DNA of 64,000 bases from an uncultured Gammaproteobacteria bacterium. Lineage in GTDB: Bacteria; Patescibacteriota; Patescibacteriia; CAIXNZ01. The stretch is taken from contig CAZPVP010000001.1 of assembly GCA_964590345.1 (NCBI GenBank), positions 7,937-71,936 on the forward strand, written 5' to 3'. Positions 28,544 through 39,192 of this stretch are shown here, piece by piece. The notes below the pieces were generated by a model. It had not been told where the DNA came from and searched no databases. It was given only the letters and a program-made list of their open reading frames with translations. The position numbers and the translations under genes were made by a program. Numbering within the stretch: position 1 is the stretch's first letter; the number at the start of each line of letters is the position of its first letter.

Positions 28544-28789
28544 TCATGTAGTTAATTCAATATCTACTTTTTTGGCAATTTTTGTTATCCATTCCTCAAG
28601 CCGATTCACTTTAGACCTTAAAGCAGCCAATTCCTGAAAATAAGTATCAGCTTTTTTAGCGTAATTATCTACTGATGTTTGCAATACATCAAATTTCTGA
28701 TTCAGCTCTTCTAAATCCTTTTTTGTTGCAATTTCTTCTCTAGTTGCAAATACATCTATTAATTTTTGAATATCTTGCTCTTCAAGCAT
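28544..28789 (-). CDS. small coiled-coil hypothetical protein
   Basis: 81-aa ORF. Confidence 0.35.
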   Translation of the reverse strand: MLEEQDIQKLIDVFATREEIATKKDLEELNQKFDVLQTSVDNYAKKADTYFQELAALRSKVNRLEEWITKIAKKVDIELTT

Positions 28790-28923
28790 AAAATATTATT
28801 TATTGATTATATTTTTATTATACTTTAATTTTTATAAAAGTCAAACAAAAAACGACCTAATTTACCCACAATTAAGGCGGAGTTTGCAAATTGCGCCTTC
28901 GGCTGTTATTTATTTAACAAATC

Positions 28924-29015
28924 CAGCCGCCGCAGGGATAAAAATGTAGAGACGCGCCCATGGCACGTCTCTACAAAATATTTAAATACATAATTTTTTC
29001 GCCCTGCGGCGGCTG
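28924..29015. repeat. palindromic intergenic element (copy with CAGCCGCCGCAGGG terminal inverted repeats and tgtagagac/gtctctaca core hairpin)
   Basis: cagccgccgcaggg...tgtagagacgcgcccatggcacgtctctaca...ccctgcggcggctg; core hairpin shared with 31748-31777. Confidence 0.55.
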
Positions 29016-29018
29016 TCA

Positions 29019-30134
29019 TTATATCCCCTCATCCCTCAATTCCTCTAACAATTTCTTCTGCTTTTTATTCAAATTTTCCGGAGTTTTAACATCAATTTCC
29101 ACTAAATGGTCGCCGCGTCCATAGCGCTGGAATTTTGGCACGCCTTTGCCCTTTAAAACCAATATCTTGCCTGACTGGGTGCCGGCCGGGATTTTCAAAT
29201 TTACTTCCCCGTCAACTGTTTTTATCGGAATTTTATCGCCTAAAGCTGCCTGAGAAAAATTAATTGAAGCTTTTGTTATAATATTATCGCCCTCACGTTT
29301 AAAATCAGGATCTGGTTTAACCTGAATATGAATATACAAATCTCCTGCCTTATTGCCTTTAATTCCGGCTTCTCCCTCACCGCTCATTCTTAAAGTCATA
29401 TTATTATCAATGCCAGCCGGAACTTTGACGGGAATTTGCACCTTTTGCTTGATCCGCCCCTGGCCAGAACATTTTGAACAAGGCGTTTCATATGTTTTGC
29501 CCTCGCCTTGGCAATCAGGACAAACAGTGACGGCCTGAATATTGCCTAAAATTGTTCGCTGAACACGCTGAACTTGGCCTTGGCCGTTGCAGGTTTTACA
29601 TTCAGTAATTTTAGTGCCTGGTTCAGCACCATTTCCTTTGCATTTATCGCAAATAACTAATTTTTCCAGTTCAATTGTTTTTTCTGTACCAAAAACAGCC
29701 TCCTTAAAATCTAAAGCCAAAGAAACTTCAATATCACGGCCACTGCTTCTGGTCTTAGCTCTTGTTCTTGAGCCACCAAAGCCAAAACCACTGCCAAACA
29801 AATCGCCTAAAATATCGCCCAAGTCGCCAAAATCAAAATCAACATTGCTGTAAGTTGCGCCGCCTTGCCGAGCATATTTCATAAAATCATCCCAGTTCAT
29901 ACCGCCGCCAAAACCGCCCTGATCTTCAAATGTAGAGCCAAACTGGTCATATTGCTTTTTCTTCTCATCATTACCCAAAACTTGATAAGCTTCATTAACC
30001 TCTTTAAACTTTTTTTCATCGCCGTCTTTTTTATCAGGATGATATTTATGTGCTTTTTCTCTGAAAGCTTTTTTGATTTGTTCTTTGGTAGAGTTTTTAT
30101 CTACGCCTAAAATTTTGTAATAATCTTTTCCCAT
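29019..30134 (-). CDS. dnaJ: molecular chaperone DnaJ
   Basis: J-domain with HPD (KAHKYHPDKK), G/F-rich region, four CxxCxGxG zinc-finger repeats. Confidence 0.9.
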   Translation of the reverse strand: MGKDYYKILGVDKNSTKEQIKKAFREKAHKYHPDKKDGDEKKFKEVNEAYQVLGNDEKKKQYDQFGSTFEDQGGFGGGMNWDDFMKYARQGGATYSNVDFDFGDLGDILGDLFGSGFGFGGSRTRAKTRSSGRDIEVSLALDFKEAVFGTEKTIELEKLVICDKCKGNGAEPGTKITECKTCNGQGQVQRVQRTILGNIQAVTVCPDCQGEGKTYETPCSKCSGQGRIKQKVQIPVKVPAGIDNNMTLRMSGEGEAGIKGNKAGDLYIHIQVKPDPDFKREGDNIITKASINFSQAALGDKIPIKTVDGEVNLKIPAGTQSGKILVLKGKGVPKFQRYGRGDHLVEIDVKTPENLNKKQKKLLEELRDEGI

Positions 30135-30177
30135 AATATATTGAACGCTGAATCACTAATCAATTACCACGAATAAA

Positions 30178-30560
30178 TTAATTAACGATTCTGCGGTATT
30201 TAATTCCTTTTTTATTGAAAATTATTAATATCCCTAATTTCAAATTTTTTGCTTTTAAGTATCCCAAAACTTGTTTTATGTCTCGCGTATAAAATCCGTT
30301 CGCTATTTTTAATTCAACAATAAGCTTATCTTCAACAACAAAATCTAAAAAGTATTTGCCAATTATTTTTTCATTATAAATAAGTTTTACTGGACATTCT
30401 ATTTTATAAGCAATTTTCTCTTTTTTTAAACTCTTCAGCCAATGCTCGCTGATAAATCTTTTCACGATAACCAAATCCTAATTCATTAAATGATTTATAA
30501 ACACAACCAATTATCTTATAACTTAAATCTTTATAAATCAATTCCCCCATAAAAATTAGT
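30178..30560 (-). pseudogene. GxxExxY-family protein gene disrupted by a frameshift in a poly-A(7) tract
   Basis: N-terminal part (ATG at 30558-30560: MGELIYKDLSYKIIGCVYKSFNELGFGYREKIYQRALAEEFKK, contains GYREKIY) is in a different frame from 30178..30474 (…KEKIAYKIECPVKLIYNEKIIGKYFLDFVVEDKLIVELK). Junction is the T7 run at 30421-30427. Intact paralog at 45347..45745. Confidence 0.6.
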
Positions 30561-30600
30561 GTTATTAGTGGTTAAAAATTCGTGGTTCTGACCTCAATTA

Positions 30601-31704
30601 TTACCGTTTCTCCTTGAAATATTTCTCCAAATCAGCCATAAACTCCTTATTTTCAGTCAATTCAGTATTTTGTAAAATTTCTTTTATAACATTAACAATC
30701 ACTTTAACATCAAAACAATTTTCCGGACCGCCCGGCAATTTATCATGCCTTTGCCATTTTTTATAATTACCAAAAATCTTATCATGATCAACTGGTACGC
30801 TAATTAAAACCAAATCATCAACTTCATGGGGATTTTTAAGCGCCCGCGCCACTTGCCTTTGTTTTTTCTTAAAATCTTCTGATTTAGCGCTTTTCAAAGT
30901 AAATTGGATACCCAAGGTTTCTTCCTCACCTTTTGTTTCTTCAATTTCTTCAATACCCACCCCGCGATTTTTCTTGTGTTTAATTATAAAATCAATTTTT
31001 TGTTCTACGTCTTCAATTACTGTGGCTTTTTCAACTTTAATTCCCCATTTCTGCAAATCAATTGCCGTTTTGGCCAATAAATTATGGATCATTTTTTCAA
31101 AAAGCAAACCAGCTGATTCTGCACCGCCTTTTTCCATGGCTTGGCTGACTTTTTTATAAGTTTCAGCCAAATATTCGTCAATCTGCTCTTTTTCCAATTC
31201 TGTCCGCTGAATAATTAATTGCTGATTATATAATTTATCCGCTTCTGACTGATAAACTGCTTCAATATATTGTTTTTTAAAATCTTCAGGAACTTCCTCG
31301 TCCAATTGATAGTAAAGTTCCCAATTAATATCAGTCAGTAAATCACCCCGGCTAACTTTTTGGCTAAAACCTTTTTCGGTCGGAAATTCAAACTGCTTTT
31401 GCGCCGGATCATACTCAATTGCCCGCTGGTCAACTTTTAATTTAATTTCATTCTCTCTAATGGCTTCTTCTTTTTCTAATGCTACTCTTTGTTTTTGCAA
31501 TTCCAAATCAAAAATCCTGCGCTTAGGCTGTTCACCGCTGCCATATAATTCTTTGATTTTTTTCTTAACATGAGATCGTTGCTGTTTTTCTTCAGGGTTG
31601 ATAGCACCCTCCAGAGCTAATCTTTGGCGCGCTAAATCAGCGGCTTCTTCGTAATCAAAGCTTAATTTTGGTTGTTCTTCCCAATATTTTTCAAATTTAG
31701 GCAT
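30601..31704 (-). CDS. hypothetical protein
   Basis: 367-aa ORF, no recognizable motif. Confidence 0.4.
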   Translation of the reverse strand: MPKFEKYWEEQPKLSFDYEEAADLARQRLALEGAINPEEKQQRSHVKKKIKELYGSGEQPKRRIFDLELQKQRVALEKEEAIRENEIKLKVDQRAIEYDPAQKQFEFPTEKGFSQKVSRGDLLTDINWELYYQLDEEVPEDFKKQYIEAVYQSEADKLYNQQLIIQRTELEKEQIDEYLAETYKKVSQAMEKGGAESAGLLFEKMIHNLLAKTAIDLQKWGIKVEKATVIEDVEQKIDFIIKHKKNRGVGIEEIEETKGEEETLGIQFTLKSAKSEDFKKKQRQVARALKNPHEVDDLVLISVPVDHDKIFGNYKKWQRHDKLPGGPENCFDVKVIVNVIKEILQNTELTENKEFMADLEKYFKEKR

Positions 31705-31725
31705 AAAATTATAAATTATTTAATT

Positions 31726-31813
31726 GGGCGAAAACGCCCTGTGAAATTGTAGAGACATGGTTAACCGTGTCTCTACGGTAATTTACTTCCCAAATCCAGG
31801 GCGTTTTCGCCCT
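31726..31813. repeat. palindromic intergenic element (GGGCGAAAACGCCC / GGGCGTTTTCGCCC terminal hairpins, tgtagagac core)
   Basis: gggcgaaaacgccctgtgaaattgtagagacatggttaaccgtgtctctacggtaatttacttcccaaatccagggcgttttcgccc. Confidence 0.6.
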
Positions 31814-31859
31814 CATATTTAAACATAAGTTATTGCCAAATTAATTATTTATTGTTAAG

Positions 31860-32062
31860 TTATAAATTAAGAAGGGTATGCTATGGTGCTATTCAAACCA
31901 CCCTAACACCCTTACCTGTCCCACGGGTAGCGGCTATACTAAACCCTTAAACTTAATAGCCAAATTCCTCTCTCCCGCGGAAAATCCTGTGTTTAGGTTA
32001 GTAAGTATAGTGGGTTAGCCACCCATTTTAAAACGATTCAATCCTTTCGCTCGCACGAGAGG
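31860..32062 (+). ncRNA. candidate structured small RNA of unknown class, plus strand, ending at an intrinsic terminator
   Basis: No ORF on either strand. sigma70-like TTGCCA..TATAAAT upstream at about 31834-31858. GC-enriched, self-complementary segments (ccaccctaacaccc / gggttagccaccc). Terminator AATCCT-ttcgctcgcacgag-AGGATTTTTT at 32032-32062. Confidence 0.25.
32032..32062 (+). terminator. rho-independent terminator
   Basis: Stem AATCCT(tt)CGCTCG-ca-CGAGAGGATT followed by TTTTTT. Confidence 0.5.
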
Positions 32063-32111
32063 ATTTTTTATTCATGTTTATTCGTGAATAAAAATTCGTG
32101 GTTCAGCCATC

Positions 32112-32453
32112 CTATATACTCGGAAATGGAATTCCTTTTGGCGGCTCTGATTCTTCAATTTCTCCAAATTGCTGTTCATACTTATTCAAATTATCCTGCA
32201 ATGCTTTAATAATTCTTTTCAAATGCCCTGGACTGGTAATAATCCTGGCATTTAAAATTCCCTGCGGCGGAACAACATTAGCAAAATCCAAAATAAACTC
32301 TTCCTTAGTATGCGCTACCTGCATCATGTTAGCATAACGTCCAGCTAAAACCTCATCAGTAATTTTGATGTTGATTTGTTTCTTTTGTGGTTGGTTTTGT
32401 TGATTTTCCATAAATATTTTATTATCCCCGTAGGTGAAACGCCAGCGTTTCAA
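32112..32453 (-). CDS. DUF3467-family protein
   Basis: MENQQN...INIKITDEVLAGRYANMMQVAHTKEEFILDF...ARIITSPGHLKRIIKALQDNLNKYE matches the DUF3467 pattern; real start likely the internal Met (MENQQNQ). Confidence 0.5.
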   Translation of the reverse strand: MKRWRFTYGDNKIFMENQQNQPQKKQINIKITDEVLAGRYANMMQVAHTKEEFILDFANVVPPQGILNARIITSPGHLKRIIKALQDNLNKYEQQFGEIEESEPPKGIPFPSI

Positions 32454-32474
32454 CTACGGGAGCAAGATGATTAA

Positions 32475-34499
<2,025 letters not shown>

Positions 34500-34582
34500 T
34501 TAATAATTTAGCTTAGGGCTAAGGGCCCTGAGCTTAGAGCAAAGCCCTAAGCTTCAAGCCCACAGCTCGAAGCCAAATCTTA

Positions 34583-34611
34583 TTGACAATACATTTTAAA
34601 ATTGTTATGAT
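34583..34611 (+). promoter_or_regulatory. consensus sigma70-type promoter
   Basis: TTGACA (34583-34588), 17-nt spacer, TATGAT (34606-34611); SD AGGAGG at 34651-34656. Confidence 0.55.
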
Positions 34612-34661
34612 ATCAGCGTCGTTCCCCTAAACTTTAACCTAAAAAAACAAAGGAGGGAAAT

Positions 34662-34985
34662 TTGAATATGCCTGAAGTTAATGGAGCGGGCCAAAATCAA
34701 GTAAAATTAATTGAAGTTTCAAAACCTGGGAGCAATAGCCAAATAAAGTACATGACTATAAAAGTCGCTGAAGAACTTTTGCAAGGGGGAGAAAAAAAAC
34801 CAGAATCAAGAGCAAAATTCCTACTTCGTCAAATGCCTGATCATCTATTTTTGATAAGTGAAGGAGAAATCGCTAAGGTCAAATTCGGCGATCAAGAAGC
34901 AAAACTTTTTAGCGACGGAAATGGAGTGAGAATAATCGTCCCCTGGCATATGGAATTGCCGCATGAAAAACAAACAAATAACTAA
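34662..34985 (+). CDS. small hypothetical protein (probable ATG start at 34668)
   Basis: 107-aa ORF with its own promoter, strong SD and terminator, antisense to the surrounding heat-shock genes. Confidence 0.5.
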   Translation: MNMPEVNGAGQNQVKLIEVSKPGSNSQIKYMTIKVAEELLQGGEKKPESRAKFLLRQMPDHLFLISEGEIAKVKFGDQEAKLFSDGNGVRIIVPWHMELPHEKQTNN

Positions 34986-35017
34986 AATTTAATAATCCTC
35001 AATGGGGGGACGTCTAA

Positions 35018-35047
35018 GCCGGTTAATCTTGACCGGCTTTTTTTATC
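35018..35047 (+). terminator. rho-independent terminator
   Basis: AAGCCGGTtaatcttgACCGGCTTTTTTT. Confidence 0.6.
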
Positions 35048-35156
35048 ACGTCACTCGCGAGTGACGTGATTTTATTTAATTTTCAAATTTCTCCCAGATA
35101 AATCAATCAAATTTTGCCTAACTTATCTGGAAGGCCCTAATCAGGGCGCTTCTCAT

Positions 35157-35648
35157 TTATTTCTTTTTCTTCTCAGTAGTTTTCTTCTTTTTAGTAGCAA
35201 CTTTTTTAGCTTTGTTTTTTTTAACACTAGTTTTAACTTTCTTACCTTTAGCTTCTTTTTCCATTGGCACTGTAATTGTCAAAATACCGTCTTTATATTC
35301 TGATTTAGCCTTGTCTTGCTGTACTTCGGCTGGCAACAAAATTGATCTTTGAAAGCTGCCATGTTTAATTTCTTTCCGATAATAATCTTTTTCATCAATT
35401 TCTGATTTTTTCTCGGTCTTACCTTTTACAGTCAAAACATTGTCTTTGATTTTAATATCAATATTCTTTGGATCAAAATTGGAAATCGGTGCTTTGACTA
35501 CCAAATTACCTTTTTCCTTGTAAACATCCATGGCTGGTATAAAAATTTTTTCTGTTGAAGGTTGAAATTCACGCAATGCTTTTTCAAAATCATCCCATGG
35601 TTCAAAAAAAGGTGACCATTTTATTATTGGCATAAAATATACCCCCAA
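35157..35648 (-). CDS. Hsp20/alpha-crystallin small heat-shock protein
   Basis: PAMDVYKEKGNLVVKAPISNFDPKNIDIKIKDNVLTVKGK...GILTITVPM alpha-crystallin domain. Confidence 0.8.
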   Translation of the reverse strand: MGVYFMPIIKWSPFFEPWDDFEKALREFQPSTEKIFIPAMDVYKEKGNLVVKAPISNFDPKNIDIKIKDNVLTVKGKTEKKSEIDEKDYYRKEIKHGSFQRSILLPAEVQQDKAKSEYKDGILTITVPMEKEAKGKKVKTSVKKNKAKKVATKKKKTTEKKKK

Positions 35649-35826
35649 TCTGCTAAAAGCTAAGTAATAGCAGAATTAATTATATTTAATAACCAAATTC
35701 CAAATTCTAAACTTATTTTGGTTATTTGAATTTAGAATTTATAATTTATTTGTTGTTTGGCCTTCGCCAACCAAAGTTGGCTTCGGCCAACTAAGGTTGG
35801 AATTTAATATTTGTAATTTTAAATGT

Positions 35827-36333
35827 TTATTCCCCTACAATAACTTTCGCAGGTATTATCACTTTTCCATTTAATTTGTATCCTGAATTTACTTCTTTAA
35901 GAATTATATCTTTCTCGCCTTGCTCTTTACCGACTGCTTCATGCAAATTATGATCAAATTTCTCGCCTATTGTTTTTATTTTCTCCAAGCCATTTCGCGC
36001 TAAAAAATCCTCTAATTGTTTTTTAATATGAAAAACGCCTTTTACCCAATCTTTATTCTCTTGATCCTCAGGCACATGATTTACTGCTTTAGTAAAATTA
36101 TCTAAAATTGGCACTAACTCACTTAAAAAATCTGCTTTGGCTAAATTAACTAACTCGCTCATTTTTTTTTCAGTTTCTTTTCTTAAATTCTCATAATCAG
36201 CTTTAGCCCGCTGCCAGCCGGATAAATATTCATTACATTTTTCCTTTAATTCTTCTATCTCTTTTTGGGTTTTTAAATTTTTATCTTTCATAAATGATAT
36301 TAAAGAATAAAGTCTGGCGAAAAACGCCCTCAA
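35827..36333 (-). CDS. grpE: nucleotide exchange factor GrpE (annotated start lies inside a repeat element; real start probably Met at about 36291, MKDKNLK)
   Basis: FDHNLHEAVG, coiled-coil N-terminus, C-terminal beta domain (GYKLNGKVIIPAKV). Confidence 0.85.
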   Translation of the reverse strand: MRAFFARLYSLISFMKDKNLKTQKEIEELKEKCNEYLSGWQRAKADYENLRKETEKKMSELVNLAKADFLSELVPILDNFTKAVNHVPEDQENKDWVKGVFHIKKQLEDFLARNGLEKIKTIGEKFDHNLHEAVGKEQGEKDIILKEVNSGYKLNGKVIIPAKVIVGE

Positions 36334-36407
36334 TTGGATGGACAGAGTTTAGTCTGTTACATTAACACACTAAAGTGTGTCCTTCCAGACAAAGGGCGTT
36401 TCGCCCT
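36316..36407. repeat. palindromic intergenic element (GGCGAAAAACGCCC / GGGCGTTTCGCCC ends; inverted copy of the 6524-6615 element)
   Basis: Reverse complement aligns at about 85% to 6524-6615 (ctggaaggacacactttaGtgtgttaatgtaacagactaaactctgtccatcc). Fills the grpE-hrcA junction and overlaps both annotated ORF ends. Confidence 0.65.
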
Positions 36408-37095
36408 AAACTCTTACTAATGAATCCTTTATATATTCAACCAAGGCCAAATTCTTATTATAATCCATTCTTTTGGGACCCAAAATAATAAACAAACCTG
36501 ACTTCTTATCTTTAAGCTGATATTTACCAATCACTGAAGAACAATCATCGCCAAAAGGATTTTTTGAGCCGATTAAAATTTCCACCTTATTTATCTTATC
36601 AAAAATTTTATTAATCTTGTCATCCAGATGATCGATTACCTGAGAAAAATTGCAGATTAAATTCTGTTCGGCAAATTCGGGTTTTTTAAACAAATTCGTC
36701 AAGCCGGTATAATAAATATTATTTTTATCAAAAGCCACGATCACTGTTTCATCAGCGAAATCAACGACTGTTTTGGCCAAATTTTTCAAAACTAAATCTT
36801 TATCAATTTTATTTTTTAAAACTTTTTCAAAAGACTGCCGCCAATTAGCTTGGATTTCCCGCTTTTCAACAAAATTATCCACGTAAAACTGATAACCTTT
36901 TTCAGTCGGTACCCGGCCGGCAGAGGTATACGGCTGATAAATAAAGCCTTGTTTTTCTAAATCAAACATTTCGTTTCTGATGGTCGCCGGTGAAACATTT
37001 TCTCGCGAACTCAAAAGCTTACTACCGACAGGAGCGGCCGTTTTTATGTGTTCAGAAATAATTAAATTTAATAAATTTTTCTGACGGTTTTTCAT
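36406..37095 (-). CDS. hrcA: heat-inducible transcriptional repressor HrcA (short form)
   Basis: N-terminal wHTH APVGSKLLS...VSPATIRNEMFDLEKQGFIYQPYTSAGRVPTEKGYQFYVD. Confidence 0.8.
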   Translation of the reverse strand: MKNRQKNLLNLIISEHIKTAAPVGSKLLSSRENVSPATIRNEMFDLEKQGFIYQPYTSAGRVPTEKGYQFYVDNFVEKREIQANWRQSFEKVLKNKIDKDLVLKNLAKTVVDFADETVIVAFDKNNIYYTGLTNLFKKPEFAEQNLICNFSQVIDHLDDKINKIFDKINKVEILIGSKNPFGDDCSSVIGKYQLKDKKSGLFIILGPKRMDYNKNLALVEYIKDSLVRV

Positions 37096-37217
37096 AAAAC
37101 TAATTAAATTCTAAAAAGTTTAATTCATTTAAATTTAGAATTTAACATTTAAAATTTACAGCTGCGGTAGATTTAAAAACTCAAATATTGCCCTTTTTTT
37201 ATATTATACTGCAGCTA

Positions 37218-37244
37218 TTAGCACTCGTCAAGAGTGAGTGCTAA
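37218..37244. promoter_or_regulatory. CIRCE operator (HrcA binding site)
   Basis: TTAGCACTC-gtcaagagt-GAGTGCTAA, perfect 9-N9-9 inverted repeat, about 120 nt upstream of hrcA start. Confidence 0.85.
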
Positions 37245-37378
37245 ATTGAATATGAATTTACGAATAAGCTACGGATACTACAAATTTTCCCCCTTTGCGG
37301 AAGGACACACTTTATTGTGTTGCCTCCCCCTCAATAAAAAATCCCCACCCAGATATTTATCTAGACAGGGATACCAAT

Positions 37379-37765
37379 TTATTTATCGTTTTTTTCATCG
37401 AAATTTTGTTTAAATCTGAGGGGAGTTGAAAAAAAACCAGTAAAAATTATTTGCATAATATGTAATTCCAAATAATTACTCACACACCCTCCGCAATCAC
37501 CAATCACCTCATTAAATTCGTGGAAAAGTTCTTGTACTTTAAAAAAAACGGAGGATTCCTTAAGATCTTCATCTTTTATATTATCATTATCATCATAATC
37601 TACCGCAGACATAGAATTATCTACGATTTTTTTAATTTCGCTAATAACTAACTGCAAAAGTTCAATACTTTCAATTTCCAAAAAAATTAAAGCTTGGCGA
37701 AAACCAATATTTCCTTGCCAACCATCATCGCTCCCATAAGCGTGAATTAAAAGACCGACTTGCAT
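37379..37765 (-). CDS. hypothetical protein
   Basis: 128-aa ORF. Confidence 0.35.
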   Translation of the reverse strand: MQVGLLIHAYGSDDGWQGNIGFRQALIFLEIESIELLQLVISEIKKIVDNSMSAVDYDDNDNIKDEDLKESSVFFKVQELFHEFNEVIGDCGGCVSNYLELHIMQIIFTGFFSTPLRFKQNFDEKNDK

Positions 37766-37869
37766 TAGATATCCTCCTTACTTTTTAAAATTACGATACT
37801 TCATCGTATCACACAAAAAAATCAAGGGATAAAAAATCAGCACAAAATAAAATTTTGTGCTGATTTTTT

Positions 37870-39192
37870 TTATTCCTTTCTCAATGCCACGATCGGATCC
37901 AAATCAGCTGCCTGACGGGCAGGATATAAGCCAGCTATTAAACCGACTAAAATTGACATGCCGGTTGCCAAAACAATATTGAAAATTGAAAAATAAAACT
38001 GCCAGCCAAAACCAAGATAATTAGTCGCTATAAAGCTGATTAACCAAGTGATTGCTATACCCAAAATAATACCGATAACACCGCCAATAAAAGTAATAAT
38101 TACTGCTTCAGTTAAAAATTGATTTAAAATATTATCGTATTTAGCTCCCAACGCTTTACGCAACCCAATTTCAAATGTTCTTTCAGCGACTGAAACATAC
38201 ATAACATTCATTATCCCGACTCCCCCGACAATCAAAGAAATCAAGGCAATGGCAAATAAAAGTATTTTTATTGAGCCTGTTACAGTGTCTAAAATTTCCA
38301 ATGCTTCCTGCGCACTGGTTGCATGAAAATCATCACGATTTGGATCACTAATATTGTGCAAATCGCGCATTATTAAAGTAATATCATCAGCGGTTTGTTT
38401 GGCAATTGAAGTATCATAAATACGGTTAAAAATAAAAGTAATATGATCAATGCCCAAAATTCTCTTCTGCATTGTCCGGGCAGGGATAAAAACAACATCA
38501 TCCATAGAAAAAATGCCAGCGCTACCTCTTTCTTCCATTACACCCATCACGTCATAATTCTGCTTATTTATTTTTATCCGCTCACCAATAGCATTTCTCT
38601 GACCAAATAAAGTATCTTTAATGCCAGAACCTAAAACTGCTACTTTTGCCAAACCTTTATCTTCTGATTCCGTATAAAAACGTCCTCGAGCAAGTTCCCC
38701 TGGATCTATATCAATAAAACCGGGGGTCACTCCAAAAATCATGGTCAGTTTATTTTTATCAGCATAACTGACGACTTCCTGACCGGCATTGCCCGCATAA
38801 TAATCTCTCACATTTGGATGCTCCTGAATTTCTTCAGCGTCTGAAAGCTTTAAAGTGGTAATAGTAACGCCTTGAGCAATACCAGCAGCATTTTCAAATG
38901 AAGTTTTACCAGCTGAAGGCACTTTTATTTCAACTTCAACCCAATCAGTTCCGAATTGAGTTACCTGGCCGGTTATAAAATCTTCAATTGCCTGGCCGGC
39001 TGAAAGTACTACAATAACTACAGTAATACCTACTGTTATACCTAAAATAGTCAAAACGCTTCTTAATTTATGGCGCAAAAGTGAACCGCAAGCCACCTCA
39101 CACAAAATTTTAAACTTTTTTCTAAATCTATTCATAACGTAAGGCCTCAATTGGATTAAGTTTAGAAGCTTTCCAAGCCGGATATAAACCAA
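37870..39192 (-). CDS. ABC transporter permease, FtsX/MacB-like
   Basis: N-terminal TM, large extracytoplasmic domain, C-terminal FtsX 3-TM bundle (GGVGIMNVMYVSVAERTFEIGLRKALGA). Confidence 0.75.
   Translation of the reverse strand: MVYIRLGKLLNLIQLRPYVMNRFRKKFKILCEVACGSLLRHKLRSVLTILGITVGITVVIVVLSAGQAIEDFITGQVTQFGTDWVEVEIKVPSAGKTSFENAAGIAQGVTITTLKLSDAEEIQEHPNVRDYYAGNAGQEVVSYADKNKLTMIFGVTPGFIDIDPGELARGRFYTESEDKGLAKVAVLGSGIKDTLFGQRNAIGERIKINKQNYDVMGVMEERGSAGIFSMDDVVFIPARTMQKRILGIDHITFIFNRIYDTSIAKQTADDITLIMRDLHNISDPNRDDFHATSAQEALEILDTVTGSIKILLFAIALISLIVGGVGIMNVMYVSVAERTFEIGLRKALGAKYDNILNQFLTEAVIITFIGGVIGIILGIAITWLISFIATNYLGFGWQFYFSIFNIVLATGMSILVGLIAGLYPARQAADLDPIVALRKE

Noticed and set aside
29353-30110. 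Plus-strand ORFs inside dnaJ (29353..29538, 29587..29853, 29865..30110)
   Set aside because: Antisense to an unambiguous dnaJ.
31860-32062. tmRNA / RNase P / SRP RNA identity for the ncRNA candidate
   Set aside because: No GGGG...UCGACG 5' end or CCACCA tRNA-like end (tmRNA), no GGAAAGUCCGG or AGGGUGAAA-type P4 motifs, and no SRP domain IV GNRA/AGGAAG motifs recognized by eye. Left as unknown class.
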